Of a stretch of 64,000 nt of DNA, positions 29,919-41,185 are shown piece by piece. The first letter of the stretch is position 1. Every line of letters begins with the position of its first letter. The notes beneath the pieces were generated by a model, which was not told the DNA's origin, did not search any database, and was given only the letters and a program-made list of their open reading frames with translations. The position numbers were made by a program, and so were the translations under genes. Source of the stretch: Desulfurococcaceae archaeon (GTDB lineage: Archaea; Thermoproteota; Thermoprotei_A; Sulfolobales; Desulfurococcaceae); assembly GCA_038824035.1 (NCBI GenBank), contig JAWBBW010000006.1, positions 1 through 64,000 of the forward strand, written 5' to 3'.

Positions 29919-30266
29919 ATGAAACAGGTCATAGTAGTAAGAACTGACATCAAGATGAGTAAAGGTAAGTTAGCCGTTCAAGTAGCGCATGCTGCAGTAA
30001 TTGCAGCGTTCAATGCCTATTTCAATCACATCGAATGGTTTAATACATGGTGGACTAGTGGCCAGAAAAAAATAGTTGTAAAGGTTAATAGTGAGAAAGA
30101 ACTGCTAGAAATTTATGAATTAGCCCGCCGAATGAATCTGCCAACAGCGATCATAAGTGATGCTGGCTTAACCGAATTACCACCAGGAACATTAACGGCC
30201 GTAGCTATTGGACCAGCCCCCGATGAGAAAGTCGACGAGATCACGGGAAATCTGAAGTTAATATAA
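29919..30266 (+). CDS. pth2: Peptidyl-tRNA hydrolase Pth2
   Basis: MKQVIVVRTDIKMSKGKLAVQVAHAA, DAGLTE, IGP. Confidence 0.96.
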   Translation: MKQVIVVRTDIKMSKGKLAVQVAHAAVIAAFNAYFNHIEWFNTWWTSGQKKIVVKVNSEKELLEIYELARRMNLPTAIISDAGLTELPPGTLTAVAIGPAPDEKVDEITGNLKLI

Positions 30267-30269
30267 GAA

Positions 30270-31355
30270 ATGGGAGTTGGCATGCTATACCCACATCCAT
30301 TAGACTATATCGTTGGAATGAAATATCATCTCACCGATCTAGGAGTTAAAAAGGAATTCAGAATTTCGAGTGAAACATTTCAAGTAGAGGAATTAATAGA
30401 TCTCACTAAATACGGGTTTACAGTCAATAAAACTGGTTATGCTGTTCTAAAAGTGGTGAAGAAAAATACCGATACCTTTGAAACAATGAGGAAGCTTTCC
30501 AAGATATTGGATATACCTTCTTCGAATATATTATTCATGGGCTTAAAAGATAAAAATGCCCTATCTATATCCTATTTCTTCATTAATCATCAATTCATAG
30601 ATCAAAGGATGTTCCCAGTTATTAATAAAGATTTTTCCATAAGTCTTCTTGGGTTCATAAAGAGAAAGCCTAGAAAAAGCATGCATATTGCTAACAAGTT
30701 TGTGATCAAACTTCCTGAAATGAGTGAAAACGAGAAAGACATATTAAAGAGGATATCTAAACTGATGATCTCAATAGGCTTACCCTCTTATTATGGATAT
30801 CAGAGATTTGGAACAATTAGATATAATACGCATTTATTAGGTAAATATGTGATCTTGGGTCGGGAAGATCTCTTTTCCATGGAACTGCTGAAATCGATGT
30901 ATATAAGTGAAGAAAGATTTTCAAGAAGAATGTGCGGTGATTTCGAAGATCTCTTTTATGAAAAAATATACACAAGTCGTTTACATATCATGTCAGATAA
31001 AGTACTTGGATTCTCGAAGAACATTTATATAGATGCTTATGCAAGCTATTTATATAACCTATTGATCAACATGGTCATTAAAACAACCGGCTATACCTTG
31101 TTGAATAGGCCTCTCCCTATGCCAGGTTGTCTGAATTACATGAAGTATTATGAAAAAATATGCAAGAAGGAGGGATTAACCACGTATCATTTAACCTTAA
31201 TGCCATGTTTTATGAGAAATGGGCTTTTCTATCCCTTTGATGTAAAAATATATGAAACCAATGAAGGTGTCTTTTACACGTTTTATCTCAAACCCGGTAT
31301 GTACGCGACAGTAGTTTTAAGGGAGATTTTTAAGGAATATTTAAGGCTTAACTGA
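30270..31355 (+). CDS. truD: tRNA pseudouridine(13) synthase TruD
   Basis: FQVEE, GLKDKNA, YYGYQRFG, F.LKPGMYATVVLRE. Confidence 0.88.
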   Translation: MGVGMLYPHPLDYIVGMKYHLTDLGVKKEFRISSETFQVEELIDLTKYGFTVNKTGYAVLKVVKKNTDTFETMRKLSKILDIPSSNILFMGLKDKNALSISYFFINHQFIDQRMFPVINKDFSISLLGFIKRKPRKSMHIANKFVIKLPEMSENEKDILKRISKLMISIGLPSYYGYQRFGTIRYNTHLLGKYVILGREDLFSMELLKSMYISEERFSRRMCGDFEDLFYEKIYTSRLHIMSDKVLGFSKNIYIDAYASYLYNLLINMVIKTTGYTLLNRPLPMPGCLNYMKYYEKICKKEGLTTYHLTLMPCFMRNGLFYPFDVKIYETNEGVFYTFYLKPGMYATVVLREIFKEYLRLN

Positions 31356-31356
31356 A

Positions 31357-31857
31357 TTATTCAAAAACTATTTGTGTCTTAATGCCCAAGAGTTTTTCTA
31401 TCAACATCTCATAGCTTTCACGATTTCTCTCCAGTAATTTCCGATCTCTCCTAGAGACCCTTATGTTTAGGATCTCCATGCCCCCCGGTATCCATACTCT
31501 ATTTATGCCTAAAAGTGATGCTGGGGAGATTATTTTCTCTATTAATTTTCTCGTATCCCCCGTGGATTCGATCACCTTTACTTTCTTGCCTAATTCCCTG
31601 GTTAAATTCCTTTCGAGAATGTTTATCTCGTTCATTTCAAAACCATTTTTTATAATGACGAATATCTCGTCTTCTGTTATTATGGATTTAATGTATTCAC
31701 CTTTCTTAGATAGGAATTTCAATTCATCCTCTAGATCCATAAGAGTCCGTATTACTGGTATCTCATCTTCATCTACGATTTTACTTTCTATTTTCCTTTG
31801 ACAACTTGGGCAAAAAACACCACTTTTAACACATATTTTATCCAATATGTGTTTCAA
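31357..31857 (-). CDS. NusA-like KH-domain protein with N-terminal Zn site
   Basis: ICVKSGVFCPSC, LGKKVKVIE, LLGINRVW. Confidence 0.75.
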   Translation of the reverse strand: MKHILDKICVKSGVFCPSCQRKIESKIVDEDEIPVIRTLMDLEDELKFLSKKGEYIKSIITEDEIFVIIKNGFEMNEINILERNLTRELGKKVKVIESTGDTRKLIEKIISPASLLGINRVWIPGGMEILNIRVSRRDRKLLERNRESYEMLIEKLLGIKTQIVFE

Positions 31858-32017
31858 GGTTATTGATCACCGCTTATTTTTAGTCAAATGACATGTGTTG
31901 TGATACTACTACAAGATACCCGAATCCATAAACAGATTAAAAAGCTTGGTTAAAAGTAAAATCAAGTTTTTAATACCCTTTGCCTAAGAATCTAAATAGA
32001 GATTGATGACATCGAGT

Positions 32018-32167
32018 GGGCCCGTAGCTCAGCCAGGCAGAGCGGCGGACCCTGTCAGAGGGGCCGATGCTCCAGACCACTACGGGTCAAAAGACCTTGT
32101 GAAAAGGGATGACCTGGGTCTGGAGGGAGTGACCCGTAGGTCGGGGGTTCGAATCCCCCCGGGCCCA
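32018..32167 (+). tRNA. tRNA-Trp(CCA) with two introns: 20 nt at 30/31 (32049-32068) and 56 nt at 37/38 (32076-32131)
   Basis: Intron 1 has a perfect BHB (CGGC/GCCG, bulges GG^A and AT^G); intron 2 has CTCC/GGAG with AG^A and TG^A; spliced arm GCGGG-CTCCAGA-CCCGT. Confidence 0.92.
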
Positions 32168-32275
32168 CTCTAAAATATGGGTTTCTCTAGCGATATGTCT
32201 GATTCAGCTTGTATTATATTCCCATGGTTTAATGTATTTTAAACCCTAATCATCGTATTAATGTAATGTTGATTG

Positions 32276-32353
<78 letters not shown>

Positions 32354-32411
32354 TTTTAATAATTCTATTTAAAGGACATTTTTAGAAAAGTCTTCACGGG
32401 TTGGTGATTAA

Positions 32412-34610
32412 ATGACATCAAAGAGAACTAGAATACCGCTCAAAGCCGGTGAATTGGAAAAGAAAGACCACGGCAAAGGTATGTGTAGAATTGATCCAGA
32501 AATAATGGAAAAATATGGGATCCATGAAGGCGATCTACTGACAGTGGATTGTGAGAATGAAGTTGCCGTATTAGCTAGCATTGGTAAAGAAGAGGATCGC
32601 GGCTCGGGGGTTATAAGATTAGACCCGTTTACATTGAAAAACATCGGCGCAGAGATAGGTGATATTGTATATGTTGAAAAAACAGAGAAAAAATATGCCA
32701 AGGTAGTCAAGTTAGCACCTACAAATTACCATGCACCTACAGATGTCAACATAATTTCCAAGATCAAACATAGTTTAATAGGGAGGCCTGTCCTAGAGGA
32801 CAGCGAGGTACATGTAATAATAGAAGGCATTTTAATACCTTTCAAAGTGATCTCCACAAAACCCTCAGGGCCGGTGATCATAGATGAGAACACCGAGTTA
32901 TTTATCTTCGAAGAACCGGTGACAGAATTCCCACGTGTCACTTTCGAGGATATCGGTGGATTAAATCCTGTGATAGACAAAATATTGGAAATGATAGAAC
33001 TGCCGCTTAAATATAGAAAAGTCTTTAGAAAATTAGGTGTAGATCCCCCCAAAGGCATTTTACTATATGGACCACCGGGATGTGGCAAAACATTAATAGC
33101 CAAGGCCCTAGCCAACGAGGTCAATGCATATTTTATATCCATAAATGGACCAGAGATCATGAGTAAATTCTACGGGGAATCCGAACAACGATTGAGAGAG
33201 ATATTTAAACTGGCCAAGAAAAAAGCCAAGAAAAACCCAGCCATAATATTCATAGATGAGATCGATGCGATCGCCCCTAAACGAGATGAGGTGATCGGAG
33301 AAGTGGAGAGGCGTGTTGTGGCCCAGTTATTGGCACTAATGGACGGGCTTGAAAACAGAGGCAATGTAATAGTCATAGCCGCGACTAATAGGCCAAACGC
33401 CTTGGACCCAGCGTTGAGAAGGCCTGGAAGGTTTGACAGAGAAATAGAAATACCTATGCCTGATAAAAATGGCAGATTAGAGATATTGAAAATACATACA
33501 AGGCGTTTAAGAGAAATGGGCGTATTATCGGATGATGTTGACCTAGAGAAATTAGCTGAGATAACTCACGGCTTTACAGGCGCAGATCTCGCCGCGCTTA
33601 TTAAAGAGGCCGTTATGAGAAGTGTCAAAAGAATTGTGAATGGGGAGAAAAATATAGACCAAGAGAAGCTATTTTCTAGCATACAGGTTACTTTCGAGGA
33701 TTTCATGGCTGCATTTAGAAGTATCATTCCCAGCGGGCTAAGGGAAATACACATAGAGATACCTGAGACTACGTGGAATGATATAGGTGGCTTGGAAGAA
33801 GTTAAACAAATATTAAGAGAGAGCATAGAATATCCACTTAAAAATCCGGAATTATACGAGAGATATGGAATACGGCCTCCTAAAGGGGTTTTACTATATG
33901 GACCACCCGGATGTGGTAAGACATTGCTAGCTAAAGCGGTTGCCCATGAAAGTGGGGCCAATTTCATCGCGATTAAGGGGCCTGAAATTATGAGTAAATG
34001 GGTTGGTGAATCGGAAAGAGCTATAAGAGAGATATTTAAGAAAGCTAGACTATATGCGCCTACTATAGTGTTCTTCGACGAGATCGATGCAATAGCATCT
34101 ATAAGAGGATTTGATGGCGATAGTGGTGTTTTAGAAAGAGTTGTTACTCAATTGATAACGGAGATCGATGGTATTCAAAAACTAGAAAACGTGATAATAC
34201 TAGCTGCTACCAATCGCCCAGACCTAGTTGACCCAGCCTTATTGCGGCCAGGTAGATTTGATAAACTAGTATATGTTCCACCGCCTGATCAAAATGCTCG
34301 CTTAGAGATATTGAGGATACATACAAGGGCTCTGCCTTTGGCCAATGATGTAGACTTGGTAGAATTAGCCAAGTTAACAGAGGGCTATACAGGAGCCGAT
34401 CTCGAGGCATTGATCAGAGAAGCTGTAATGCTAGCCCTCAGGGAGTCGCCAGTAAGAGGTGGGTTGATCGCTAAATATCATTTCCAAAAGGCATTAGAAG
34501 TTGTAAAACCAAGCATAAATGAAAACATGATCAGATTCTATGTAGAATGGGGGGTAAAAGCCCGCCAATCTCTTCCACGGGGTGGATTAAAACCAGGCAT
34601 ATACTTGTAG
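32412..34610 (+). CDS. cdc48: CDC48/VCP-family AAA ATPase
   Basis: N domain plus two GPPGCGKT / FIDEID-type / RPGRFD modules. Confidence 0.95.
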   Translation: MTSKRTRIPLKAGELEKKDHGKGMCRIDPEIMEKYGIHEGDLLTVDCENEVAVLASIGKEEDRGSGVIRLDPFTLKNIGAEIGDIVYVEKTEKKYAKVVKLAPTNYHAPTDVNIISKIKHSLIGRPVLEDSEVHVIIEGILIPFKVISTKPSGPVIIDENTELFIFEEPVTEFPRVTFEDIGGLNPVIDKILEMIELPLKYRKVFRKLGVDPPKGILLYGPPGCGKTLIAKALANEVNAYFISINGPEIMSKFYGESEQRLREIFKLAKKKAKKNPAIIFIDEIDAIAPKRDEVIGEVERRVVAQLLALMDGLENRGNVIVIAATNRPNALDPALRRPGRFDREIEIPMPDKNGRLEILKIHTRRLREMGVLSDDVDLEKLAEITHGFTGADLAALIKEAVMRSVKRIVNGEKNIDQEKLFSSIQVTFEDFMAAFRSIIPSGLREIHIEIPETTWNDIGGLEEVKQILRESIEYPLKNPELYERYGIRPPKGVLLYGPPGCGKTLLAKAVAHESGANFIAIKGPEIMSKWVGESERAIREIFKKARLYAPTIVFFDEIDAIASIRGFDGDSGVLERVVTQLITEIDGIQKLENVIILAATNRPDLVDPALLRPGRFDKLVYVPPPDQNARLEILRIHTRALPLANDVDLVELAKLTEGYTGADLEALIREAVMLALRESPVRGGLIAKYHFQKALEVVKPSINENMIRFYVEWGVKARQSLPRGGLKPGIYL

Positions 34611-34613
34611 GGG

Positions 34614-34880
34614 GTGTTGGTGGCCAAGTTTAATCTGGGTTATTGGAAGGCTACACCGGTTTTCAGAGCTATATTGGAGATAGCTATCTCGAAACCTGAA
34701 GGAGTATCAGAGAGCGAATTAGAGGAGATCCTTAGAAAAAACTATGATATAGAAATCACAAAGCCCGAGCTTTATCATACTTTAATTAAACTCGAGCTGC
34801 ATGGTTTCCTACGAGTTGAACATGTGGGCAAGGAATTAATGATACGGCTATCTCCCTCATTTACTCAGCTATTGCAGTAA
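34614..34880 (+). CDS. Small winged-helix protein
   Basis: wHTH-like pattern (SESELEEIL...LYHTLIKLELHGFLRV); 3 nt after cdc48. Confidence 0.6.
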   Translation: MLVAKFNLGYWKATPVFRAILEIAISKPEGVSESELEEILRKNYDIEITKPELYHTLIKLELHGFLRVEHVGKELMIRLSPSFTQLLQ

Positions 34881-34998
34881 TCTAGCTATTTCACTCAACC
34901 ATATTATTCGCTGGATAATTTTAATCATTATTCATTGAAATAATACAAATATATTACCCTGAGTTCTAATTGTAAAAAGCAGAATAGTGGTGTTGTTC

Positions 34999-36060
34999 TT
35001 GGGGGTTGATCTAAAAGATCTGATACCACCTGAGGTAAGACTCGTAGTTGAAGACCTGAGATCGTTAAGAGGCAATGTGATCGCAATAGATGGATATAAT
35101 GCACTATACCAATTCCTAACTGCAATAAGGCAACCAGATGGGACACCCTTGATGGATAGTCAAGGTAGGATAACAAGCCATCTAAGTGGGCTTTTCTACA
35201 GGACCATAAATCTCGTTGAAAATGGCATAAAACCAGTATACGTATTTGATGGTAAACCACCTGAGTTGAAAGCGAAGGAAATAGAGCGACGGCGTGTCAG
35301 ACGTGAAGAGGCGTTGAAGAAATATGAAGAGGCCATTGAAATAGGTGATCTCGAGGAGGCTAGAAAATACGCCATGATGGCTGCTAAGTTAAGTGATGAA
35401 ATGGTGAAAGAGGCCAAGAAATTGCTCAACGCCATGGGCATGCCATGGGTACAAGCCCCTGCTGAAGGTGAAGCACAGGCTGCCTACATGGTTAAAAAAG
35501 GCGATGCACATGCATCGGCCTCACAGGATTACGATAGTCTATTATTCGGATCACCTAGGTTAATAAGAAACTTAACCATTAGCGGCAAGAGAAAACTCCC
35601 GAGAAAAGAGGAATACGTAGAGATAAAGCCAGAGATCATTGAATTGAACAGGTTGCTAGAAAAACTTGGAATAACATATGAGAACCTAGTGGACATAGGC
35701 ATTTTGCTGGGAACAGATTATAATCCTGATGGATTCGAAGGCATAGGCCCTAAGAAGGCTTATCAATTAATCAAAGTATATGGTGGTGTAGAAAAGATTC
35801 CAAAACCGCTGCTAAAATCCCATGTGGAGATCGACGTCATTGCTATTAAAAAATATTTCATGAACCCCCCTGTTACTGATAACTATAAATTAGAATGGCA
35901 TCAACCAGATGAAAAGGCTATTGTAGATACGCTTGTCAAAGAACATGATTTTAACATCGACCGGGTTAAAAATGGTATAGAGCGCTTGCTCAAAGCTTAT
36001 AGGGACCATATAAAAGGAGAGCAAAAAGGCCTTGCCAAGTGGTTTTCAAAGACTAGATAG
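34999..36060 (+). CDS. fen: Flap endonuclease 1
   Basis: [31 protein letters not shown]-terminal PIP box QKGLAKWF; TTG 34999 preferred start. Confidence 0.96.
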   Translation: MGVDLKDLIPPEVRLVVEDLRSLRGNVIAIDGYNALYQFLTAIRQPDGTPLMDSQGRITSHLSGLFYRTINLVENGIKPVYVFDGKPPELKAKEIERRRVRREEALKKYEEAIEIGDLEEARKYAMMAAKLSDEMVKEAKKLLNAMGMPWVQAPAEGEAQAAYMVKKGDAHASASQDYDSLLFGSPRLIRNLTISGKRKLPRKEEYVEIKPEIIELNRLLEKLGITYENLVDIGILLGTDYNPDGFEGIGPKKAYQLIKVYGGVEKIPKPLLKSHVEIDVIAIKKYFMNPPVTDNYKLEWHQPDEKAIVDTLVKEHDFNIDRVKNGIERLLKAYRDHIKGEQKGLAKWFSKTR

Positions 36061-36730
36061 ATTCCTCTTTCCAACCGTATATGCCAATTAATGGGACAAA
36101 GACACATTCTATGCTCCATCTTTTATAAATATTTGAACCCCGCTTATCAATGATTAACAATCTTTGAAGATGTCTATCACCAACAGGTATAACTAACCTG
36201 CCATTATCAGCTAATTGCTCTATCAATGGCCTTGGAACATTTGGTGCAGCCGCTGTCACTATGATCTTATCAAAGGGAGCTTTTTCAGGATAACCCAGTG
36301 TTCCGTCGCCTACTAGGACCGTTACGAATTCACTATAACCCGCTTTCATGAGATTCTTCTTAGCGAATTCTGCTAATTCGCTTATGCGTTCTATCGTATA
36401 TACATGTCCTTTCTTGCTTGGATCATATTTCGCTACAATCTCCGCTAAAACAGCTGCCTGGTATCCTGATCCAGTCCCAATTTCGAGTACTTTATCGCCT
36501 GGATTAGGGTCTAATTCCTCTGTCATAATGGCAACCATGTGAATAGCGCTAATCGTTTGCCCATATCCGAGAGGTAGTGGTGAGTCTATGTACGCGAATT
36601 CCCTTAATCTCTCTGGCACGAATAATTCGCGAGGAACAGCTAATAAGGCATTTATTACCTTGGGGCTTTTTAGGTAACCATATCTAACTAGCGTCTCGAT
36701 AACCATTTTTCTTTGAGTGACGAAGTCCAT
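36053..36730 (-). CDS. pcm: Protein-L-isoaspartate O-methyltransferase
   Basis: [22 protein letters not shown]. Confidence 0.95.
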   Translation of the reverse strand: MDFVTQRKMVIETLVRYGYLKSPKVINALLAVPRELFVPERLREFAYIDSPLPLGYGQTISAIHMVAIMTEELDPNPGDKVLEIGTGSGYQAAVLAEIVAKYDPSKKGHVYTIERISELAEFAKKNLMKAGYSEFVTVLVGDGTLGYPEKAPFDKIIVTAAAPNVPRPLIEQLADNGRLVIPVGDRHLQRLLIIDKRGSNIYKRWSIECVFVPLIGIYGWKEESI

Positions 36731-36796
36731 GTAATAAAACCCTGCTTAAATCTAACCTAAAAGTGGCTTAAATTTGATGCCGAGAGGTGTAATATA

Positions 36797-37264
36797 ATGA
36801 TAAAAGAAGTGATCAAAGCTAAAGGGCATCCAAATATAAGGGCATTACATAAGACTACGATAGAAATAACCAAGGATGATGAAATCTCGCCGAAAGGGGA
36901 TTGTATAATAGCGACATCCGCTGACAAGGCGGCCAATGAGCTGGCCAGAGAACTGCGCGAATCACTTAAGAGTTCTGAATCTATTTTATTAGTTATAATA
37001 GAAGTTGAAGGTTTCAGGGATCTCATCATTGCCCAAGGCCATCCAAACCTAATAATGAGTGATAACAGAAAGATCATAATTAGGAGGAGCGAGTTCATAG
37101 AACCGGCAACTATAGGGATTAGGGCTAATAAAGCCGCGGCGGATATAAAAAGAGAGCTAATATCCTTAATGAGACGCCGCGATGTCGATGTAACAATAAA
37201 ATTAATTTCACTGAGGCTTAATGAGATCGATCCTGAATATATAAGTACCGGGCGAATGATCTAA
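36797..37264 (+). CDS. DUF371 family protein
   Basis: GHPNIRALHKTTIEITKD..GDCII, ANKAAAD. Confidence 0.9.
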   Translation: MIKEVIKAKGHPNIRALHKTTIEITKDDEISPKGDCIIATSADKAANELARELRESLKSSESILLVIIEVEGFRDLIIAQGHPNLIMSDNRKIIIRRSEFIEPATIGIRANKAAADIKRELISLMRRRDVDVTIKLISLRLNEIDPEYISTGRMI

Positions 37265-38173
37265 TACCCTTCTCGCTCCAACGATCTTCCAATTAGCGAA
37301 AATGCTAGTTATGTCCTTCAATACAATGTTCAATTCGCTTGACAATACATATAAATGAAGTATACCGCCGGGTTTTAAGATCGATTTATATACTTCGTGA
37401 AAATTCAGACTAGATATAGGTATATTAGCGATTATTCTATCGACCCTCATGTTTTGCAATACTTGATCAACATTACGTGTATCCATGTTTAATGGTATAA
37501 TAGTGCCTTTAAGCCTTTTCTTATTTAATTTAATGTTTTCCACCAGGAGATCATACGCTACTGGGTTCATGTCATTAGCTATCACAAGGGATGATTTCTC
37601 AGCTATGTGAATAGAAAATCCGCCAATACCTGCAAATAAGTCTGCCACTACTTCGCCGTTTTTAACCATACACGCTATCCTATGATGTTCTTCGCTCAAT
37701 CTGGGATTGAAATAGACTTCTCTCAATCTTACTTTAAATAGAAATCCATATTCTTTTACCACTACCTCCTCTACTGGCTCGCCCCATAATAACTCTAACA
37801 ATGGAATTCTATACTCACCTATAGTTCCTTTCTTGATGAAAATAGACCTTATATTTGGATATATGTTTAAAATATTTTTCACTAATATATTTGGATCAAT
37901 ATTATTAAGTGCGTTGGCTCTAATTATTACGATGTCTTTAAGTACATCGAGTGATGGGATCTTTGGATTAAGAGTCATTCTTGATAGGGGTGGACACTCT
38001 TCGATGCCTATTTCATGGAATTGAATAATATCGCTTGGAACATGAGATACCGGGATCAATACTTTATCTCCTTTGCTAGCGATTTTTCTGCTTCTATCTA
38101 TGATGTTCATCTTTCTCAATAATTCAATGATCTTGCCGGCTGATTTTTTTTCAACACTTATACAGAGAGACAC
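37208..38173 (-). CDS. Trm5/Taw2-family tRNA SAM-dependent transferase
   Basis: VYFNPRLSEE, DLFAGIGGF, NDMNP, IIANIP. Confidence 0.85.
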   Translation of the reverse strand: MSLCISVEKKSAGKIIELLRKMNIIDRSRKIASKGDKVLIPVSHVPSDIIQFHEIGIEECPPLSRMTLNPKIPSLDVLKDIVIIRANALNNIDPNILVKNILNIYPNIRSIFIKKGTIGEYRIPLLELLWGEPVEEVVVKEYGFLFKVRLREVYFNPRLSEEHHRIACMVKNGEVVADLFAGIGGFSIHIAEKSSLVIANDMNPVAYDLLVENIKLNKKRLKGTIIPLNMDTRNVDQVLQNMRVDRIIANIPISSLNFHEVYKSILKPGGILHLYVLSSELNIVLKDITSIFANWKIVGARRVLDHSPGTYIFRIDLIKPQ

Positions 38174-38267
38174 GTTGTCCCCTATAAAATGACTTTAAAA
38201 AGCATGATTATTTTCTGCCTTATAATTATAATAGAATAACTGGGATTATAACCAGTGGCGTTAAGGC

Positions 38268-39089
38268 ATGTTTAAATCTGTGCTTATAATTTACAAGCCC
38301 ACGGATAAGTGCTTTGAAATAGCTCGAAGTGTTGGTAATGAATTTAGGAAACATGGTATTCATATAACTGTGTATACCGTCAATGATATACATCGCCTGG
38401 AAAACGAAAACTATGATCTAATACTCAGCATAGGTGGGGATGGAACATTTCTCAAGGTCTCTAGATTGCTACAAAGACCTTTAGAGAACCCATTGATTCT
38501 TCCATATCCATGTGGTCGTAGAAACACATTTTATGAATTGCCACCGCTTGGCATCTCCGATATCGTTGAAAACGTGTTGAATGGGGTATTTCATGTAGAG
38601 TTTTATCCAAGATTAAAGGCCTGTATTGAAAATTCATGTATGTATTTCTTAAATGAAATTGCCATAATAAATGCCAATCTAGGCAAGATCGCAAGATATG
38701 ATATAAAAATACAGTCACATAGCATGAACAGTTGTTTTAGCTTCGAAGGAGATGGAGTTTTAATTAGTTCTGCACCTGGCTCCGCTGCATACAATCTATC
38801 CGCTGATGGACCTTTAGTTGATTTTGTGAGCAACGTGATGATCTTCACTCCATTAAATCCGCTACAAAGGGATTTACCATCAATAGTTATCCCCTCTATT
38901 CTCTCGAAAATAGAGATCCTGCCAAAAGAAACCTCACATGTGTTTGTAGATGGAGAAATCGTAGATAAGTTGAAAAAGGATACTAAAATACTGGTAACCG
39001 GTGGATCAAATTACATAAGAGTAATAAGGTTTGAGTACTTGAGAAACCTTGTTAAAGACATAATAGAAACAAGAAGGGCTGTGATTTGA
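38268..39089 (+). CDS. NAD kinase family protein
   Basis: GGDGT, FLNE, GDG, GSAAYNLSA. Confidence 0.8.
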   Translation: MFKSVLIIYKPTDKCFEIARSVGNEFRKHGIHITVYTVNDIHRLENENYDLILSIGGDGTFLKVSRLLQRPLENPLILPYPCGRRNTFYELPPLGISDIVENVLNGVFHVEFYPRLKACIENSCMYFLNEIAIINANLGKIARYDIKIQSHSMNSCFSFEGDGVLISSAPGSAAYNLSADGPLVDFVSNVMIFTPLNPLQRDLPSIVIPSILSKIEILPKETSHVFVDGEIVDKLKKDTKILVTGGSNYIRVIRFEYLRNLVKDIIETRRAVI

Positions 39090-39592
39090 CTGAGCACGCG
39101 ATAATATTGGATACAGGAGCGTTGCTAGCAAAGTATTACAGATTAATACCCAGATTCCGCGTTAAGCTATTTACAACACCAAGTGCCGTCGAAGAGGTTA
39201 AAGATATTGAAAACAAAGAGGCATTAATACAGGCCATTGAACTCGAATTGATAACCATAGAATCCCCTGCTAAGAAGTACGTAGAAAAGGTTGTGAAACT
39301 GGCCAGAAATATCGGCGAGATAACAAGGTTGTCCAACACAGACATAGAGATCGCGGCCTTAGCTCTTATGCTTAATGATAAGGAATACAAGGCAATAGTG
39401 ATAACAGATGATTACGACCTACAGAACCTCTTATTACACGTGGGCATAGGCTTCAAGCCGTTAAAGACACGTGGGATCGAGGGGGCCCGTGTCTACATAG
39501 AACATTGTCCCACCTGTGGCTATGTGCCTGGATCTCCAGGCGAAAGAACTTGCCCTCTTTGCAATACTCCATTGAAGAGGATTATGGCTTAA
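39086..39592 (+). CDS. Nob1-like PIN-domain endonuclease with Zn ribbon
   Basis: ILDTGA, LSNTD, ITDDYDLQN, CPTCG...CPLC. Confidence 0.88.
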   Translation: MTEHAIILDTGALLAKYYRLIPRFRVKLFTTPSAVEEVKDIENKEALIQAIELELITIESPAKKYVEKVVKLARNIGEITRLSNTDIEIAALALMLNDKEYKAIVITDDYDLQNLLLHVGIGFKPLKTRGIEGARVYIEHCPTCGYVPGSPGERTCPLCNTPLKRIMA

Positions 39593-40733
39593 CCAATAAT
39601 GAAATGAAATACCCTGGCATATCATTTGCAAGAGGAGAAAATCTATAACTAACGATGCCTTTATACGAAATCTTCTCAGCATATGGAACATGTTCACTCG
39701 CTTCAATTGATTGAAAACCCAGTGTTTCCACCGCGTACAATATGTTTTCCTCGTTTTCCTTGAAGGTCAAAGTACACGTGGAGTAAACAAGTAATCCACC
39801 TGGTTTTAGAATGTGCCATGCTGTTCTTATGAATTGTTTTTGATACTTTGATAAATTCTCTATATCCTTAATAGATCGCACGATCTCAATTAATGGCCTC
39901 ACGCCGAGATTACTACATGGAGGGTCTATCAAGACCTTGTCGGCTTTCTCTTTAAGATCGAAATCCATGTGTATATACCTAGAATCATATGGTATTGCGA
40001 AAACATTTATATTCAAGGAAAGGGTCTCAAGGGTTTTAATGAGTTCTTCTATTTTCTTCCTATTCCTATCAAATGCTATGATCCGTGAATGCCCTCTAGT
40101 CAATTGTACGATATGACTGGTCTTGCCTCCTGGGGCCGCGTTCATGTCCACTATCAAATCATTATATGATGGCTTCAGCACGTGTGTTGTTAAAATACTG
40201 GGCAAACTTTGCATATAGATATAACCATTTCTATATACCTTAGTCTCGCTTATCTTGGGGGCTTTATAGGGCGATGATATATTGACACCTATGAGCCCTT
40301 TACTCATCATGCTTAGTTTACGAGATGAGACGATGGCCTTTAAACAGGAGATCTTTAAGCCGGTGGTGGTCATAGCTACTATTATATCTCCTTCGTTGAA
40401 GAAAGATGATTTTACAACGCCCGGTTTATAGAGATTAGCACCAAGTATTAGAGAAACGGCTGTTTTTGCATCTACGATCACATATTTATCAGTATCACAT
40501 GAGATGGGGTGAGGGCCTTCAACTTCAAAATATATAGCGTCATCTATGTATTCATCTGGATACGCTTCTATGCCTTCATTCTCCAACATTTTCAATAACT
40601 CAGGCCTAGATGCTTTGAGCGTGTTTATCCTGGCATATAATCTTCGAGGAGGTTTTTTCAACTGGTCTAGCAAATAACTAGTCATACTTCCATAGATCCT
40701 ACTAAATTCGAGAAATATATCACTGCTCCACAT
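39582..40733 (-). CDS. RsmB/NOP2-family m5C RNA methyltransferase with PUA domain
   Basis: DMNAAPGGKT, DPPCS, YSTCT. Confidence 0.9.
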   Translation of the reverse strand: MWSSDIFLEFSRIYGSMTSYLLDQLKKPPRRLYARINTLKASRPELLKMLENEGIEAYPDEYIDDAIYFEVEGPHPISCDTDKYVIVDAKTAVSLILGANLYKPGVVKSSFFNEGDIIVAMTTTGLKISCLKAIVSSRKLSMMSKGLIGVNISSPYKAPKISETKVYRNGYIYMQSLPSILTTHVLKPSYNDLIVDMNAAPGGKTSHIVQLTRGHSRIIAFDRNRKKIEELIKTLETLSLNINVFAIPYDSRYIHMDFDLKEKADKVLIDPPCSNLGVRPLIEIVRSIKDIENLSKYQKQFIRTAWHILKPGGLLVYSTCTLTFKENEENILYAVETLGFQSIEASEHVPYAEKISYKGIVSYRFSPLANDMPGYFISLLVKP

Positions 40734-40793
40734 ATGTCTTCATTTACCCATATACGTATTTAAAGCCATTTAGATATTCGGTAAATCAGAGAT

Positions 40794-41138
40794 TTGAAAA
40801 CACGGGTGATCTATATGTCATCCTCCATGTCGACAAAAATATCTGAAAAAGAACTTGATGAAGCGCTAATGGAGAAACAAGAGAAAAAACTCGACGAGAA
40901 GCAAAAATGGGTTAATAGAATATTGAAAAGTGCAAAACAATACCATAAAATATGCCCCTATTTCGATAAAAGAACTAAAATGTGTTTCATAACTATGGGA
41001 GCTAAATGCGAGAGAGAAGGTAAATTCGAAGTTTGTCAAGTCTTTAAATCTTTCCTTGAGAGAAAGTATGAAGAATATAAGGTTAAAAATAAACCATTGC
41101 CTCTTGATTTTGCCGATGTCGTAATATCTGGTGTATAA
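40794..41138 (+). CDS. Hypothetical Cys-rich protein
   Basis: Clean ORF with four Cys (CPYF..C..C..C); GGGTGA upstream of ATG 40815. Confidence 0.6.
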   Translation: MKTRVIYMSSSMSTKISEKELDEALMEKQEKKLDEKQKWVNRILKSAKQYHKICPYFDKRTKMCFITMGAKCEREGKFEVCQVFKSFLERKYEEYKVKNKPLPLDFADVVISGV

Positions 41139-41185
41139 TCATTAATAATAGTAAAAATTTTTATTATTTAATCGAGGATGATTAC

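Noticed and set aside
33058-33916. Near-identical 28-nt stretch TTTTACTATATGGACCACC.GGATGTGG, twice in cdc48
   Set aside because: Explained by the duplicated Walker A motifs of the D1 and D2 AAA domains
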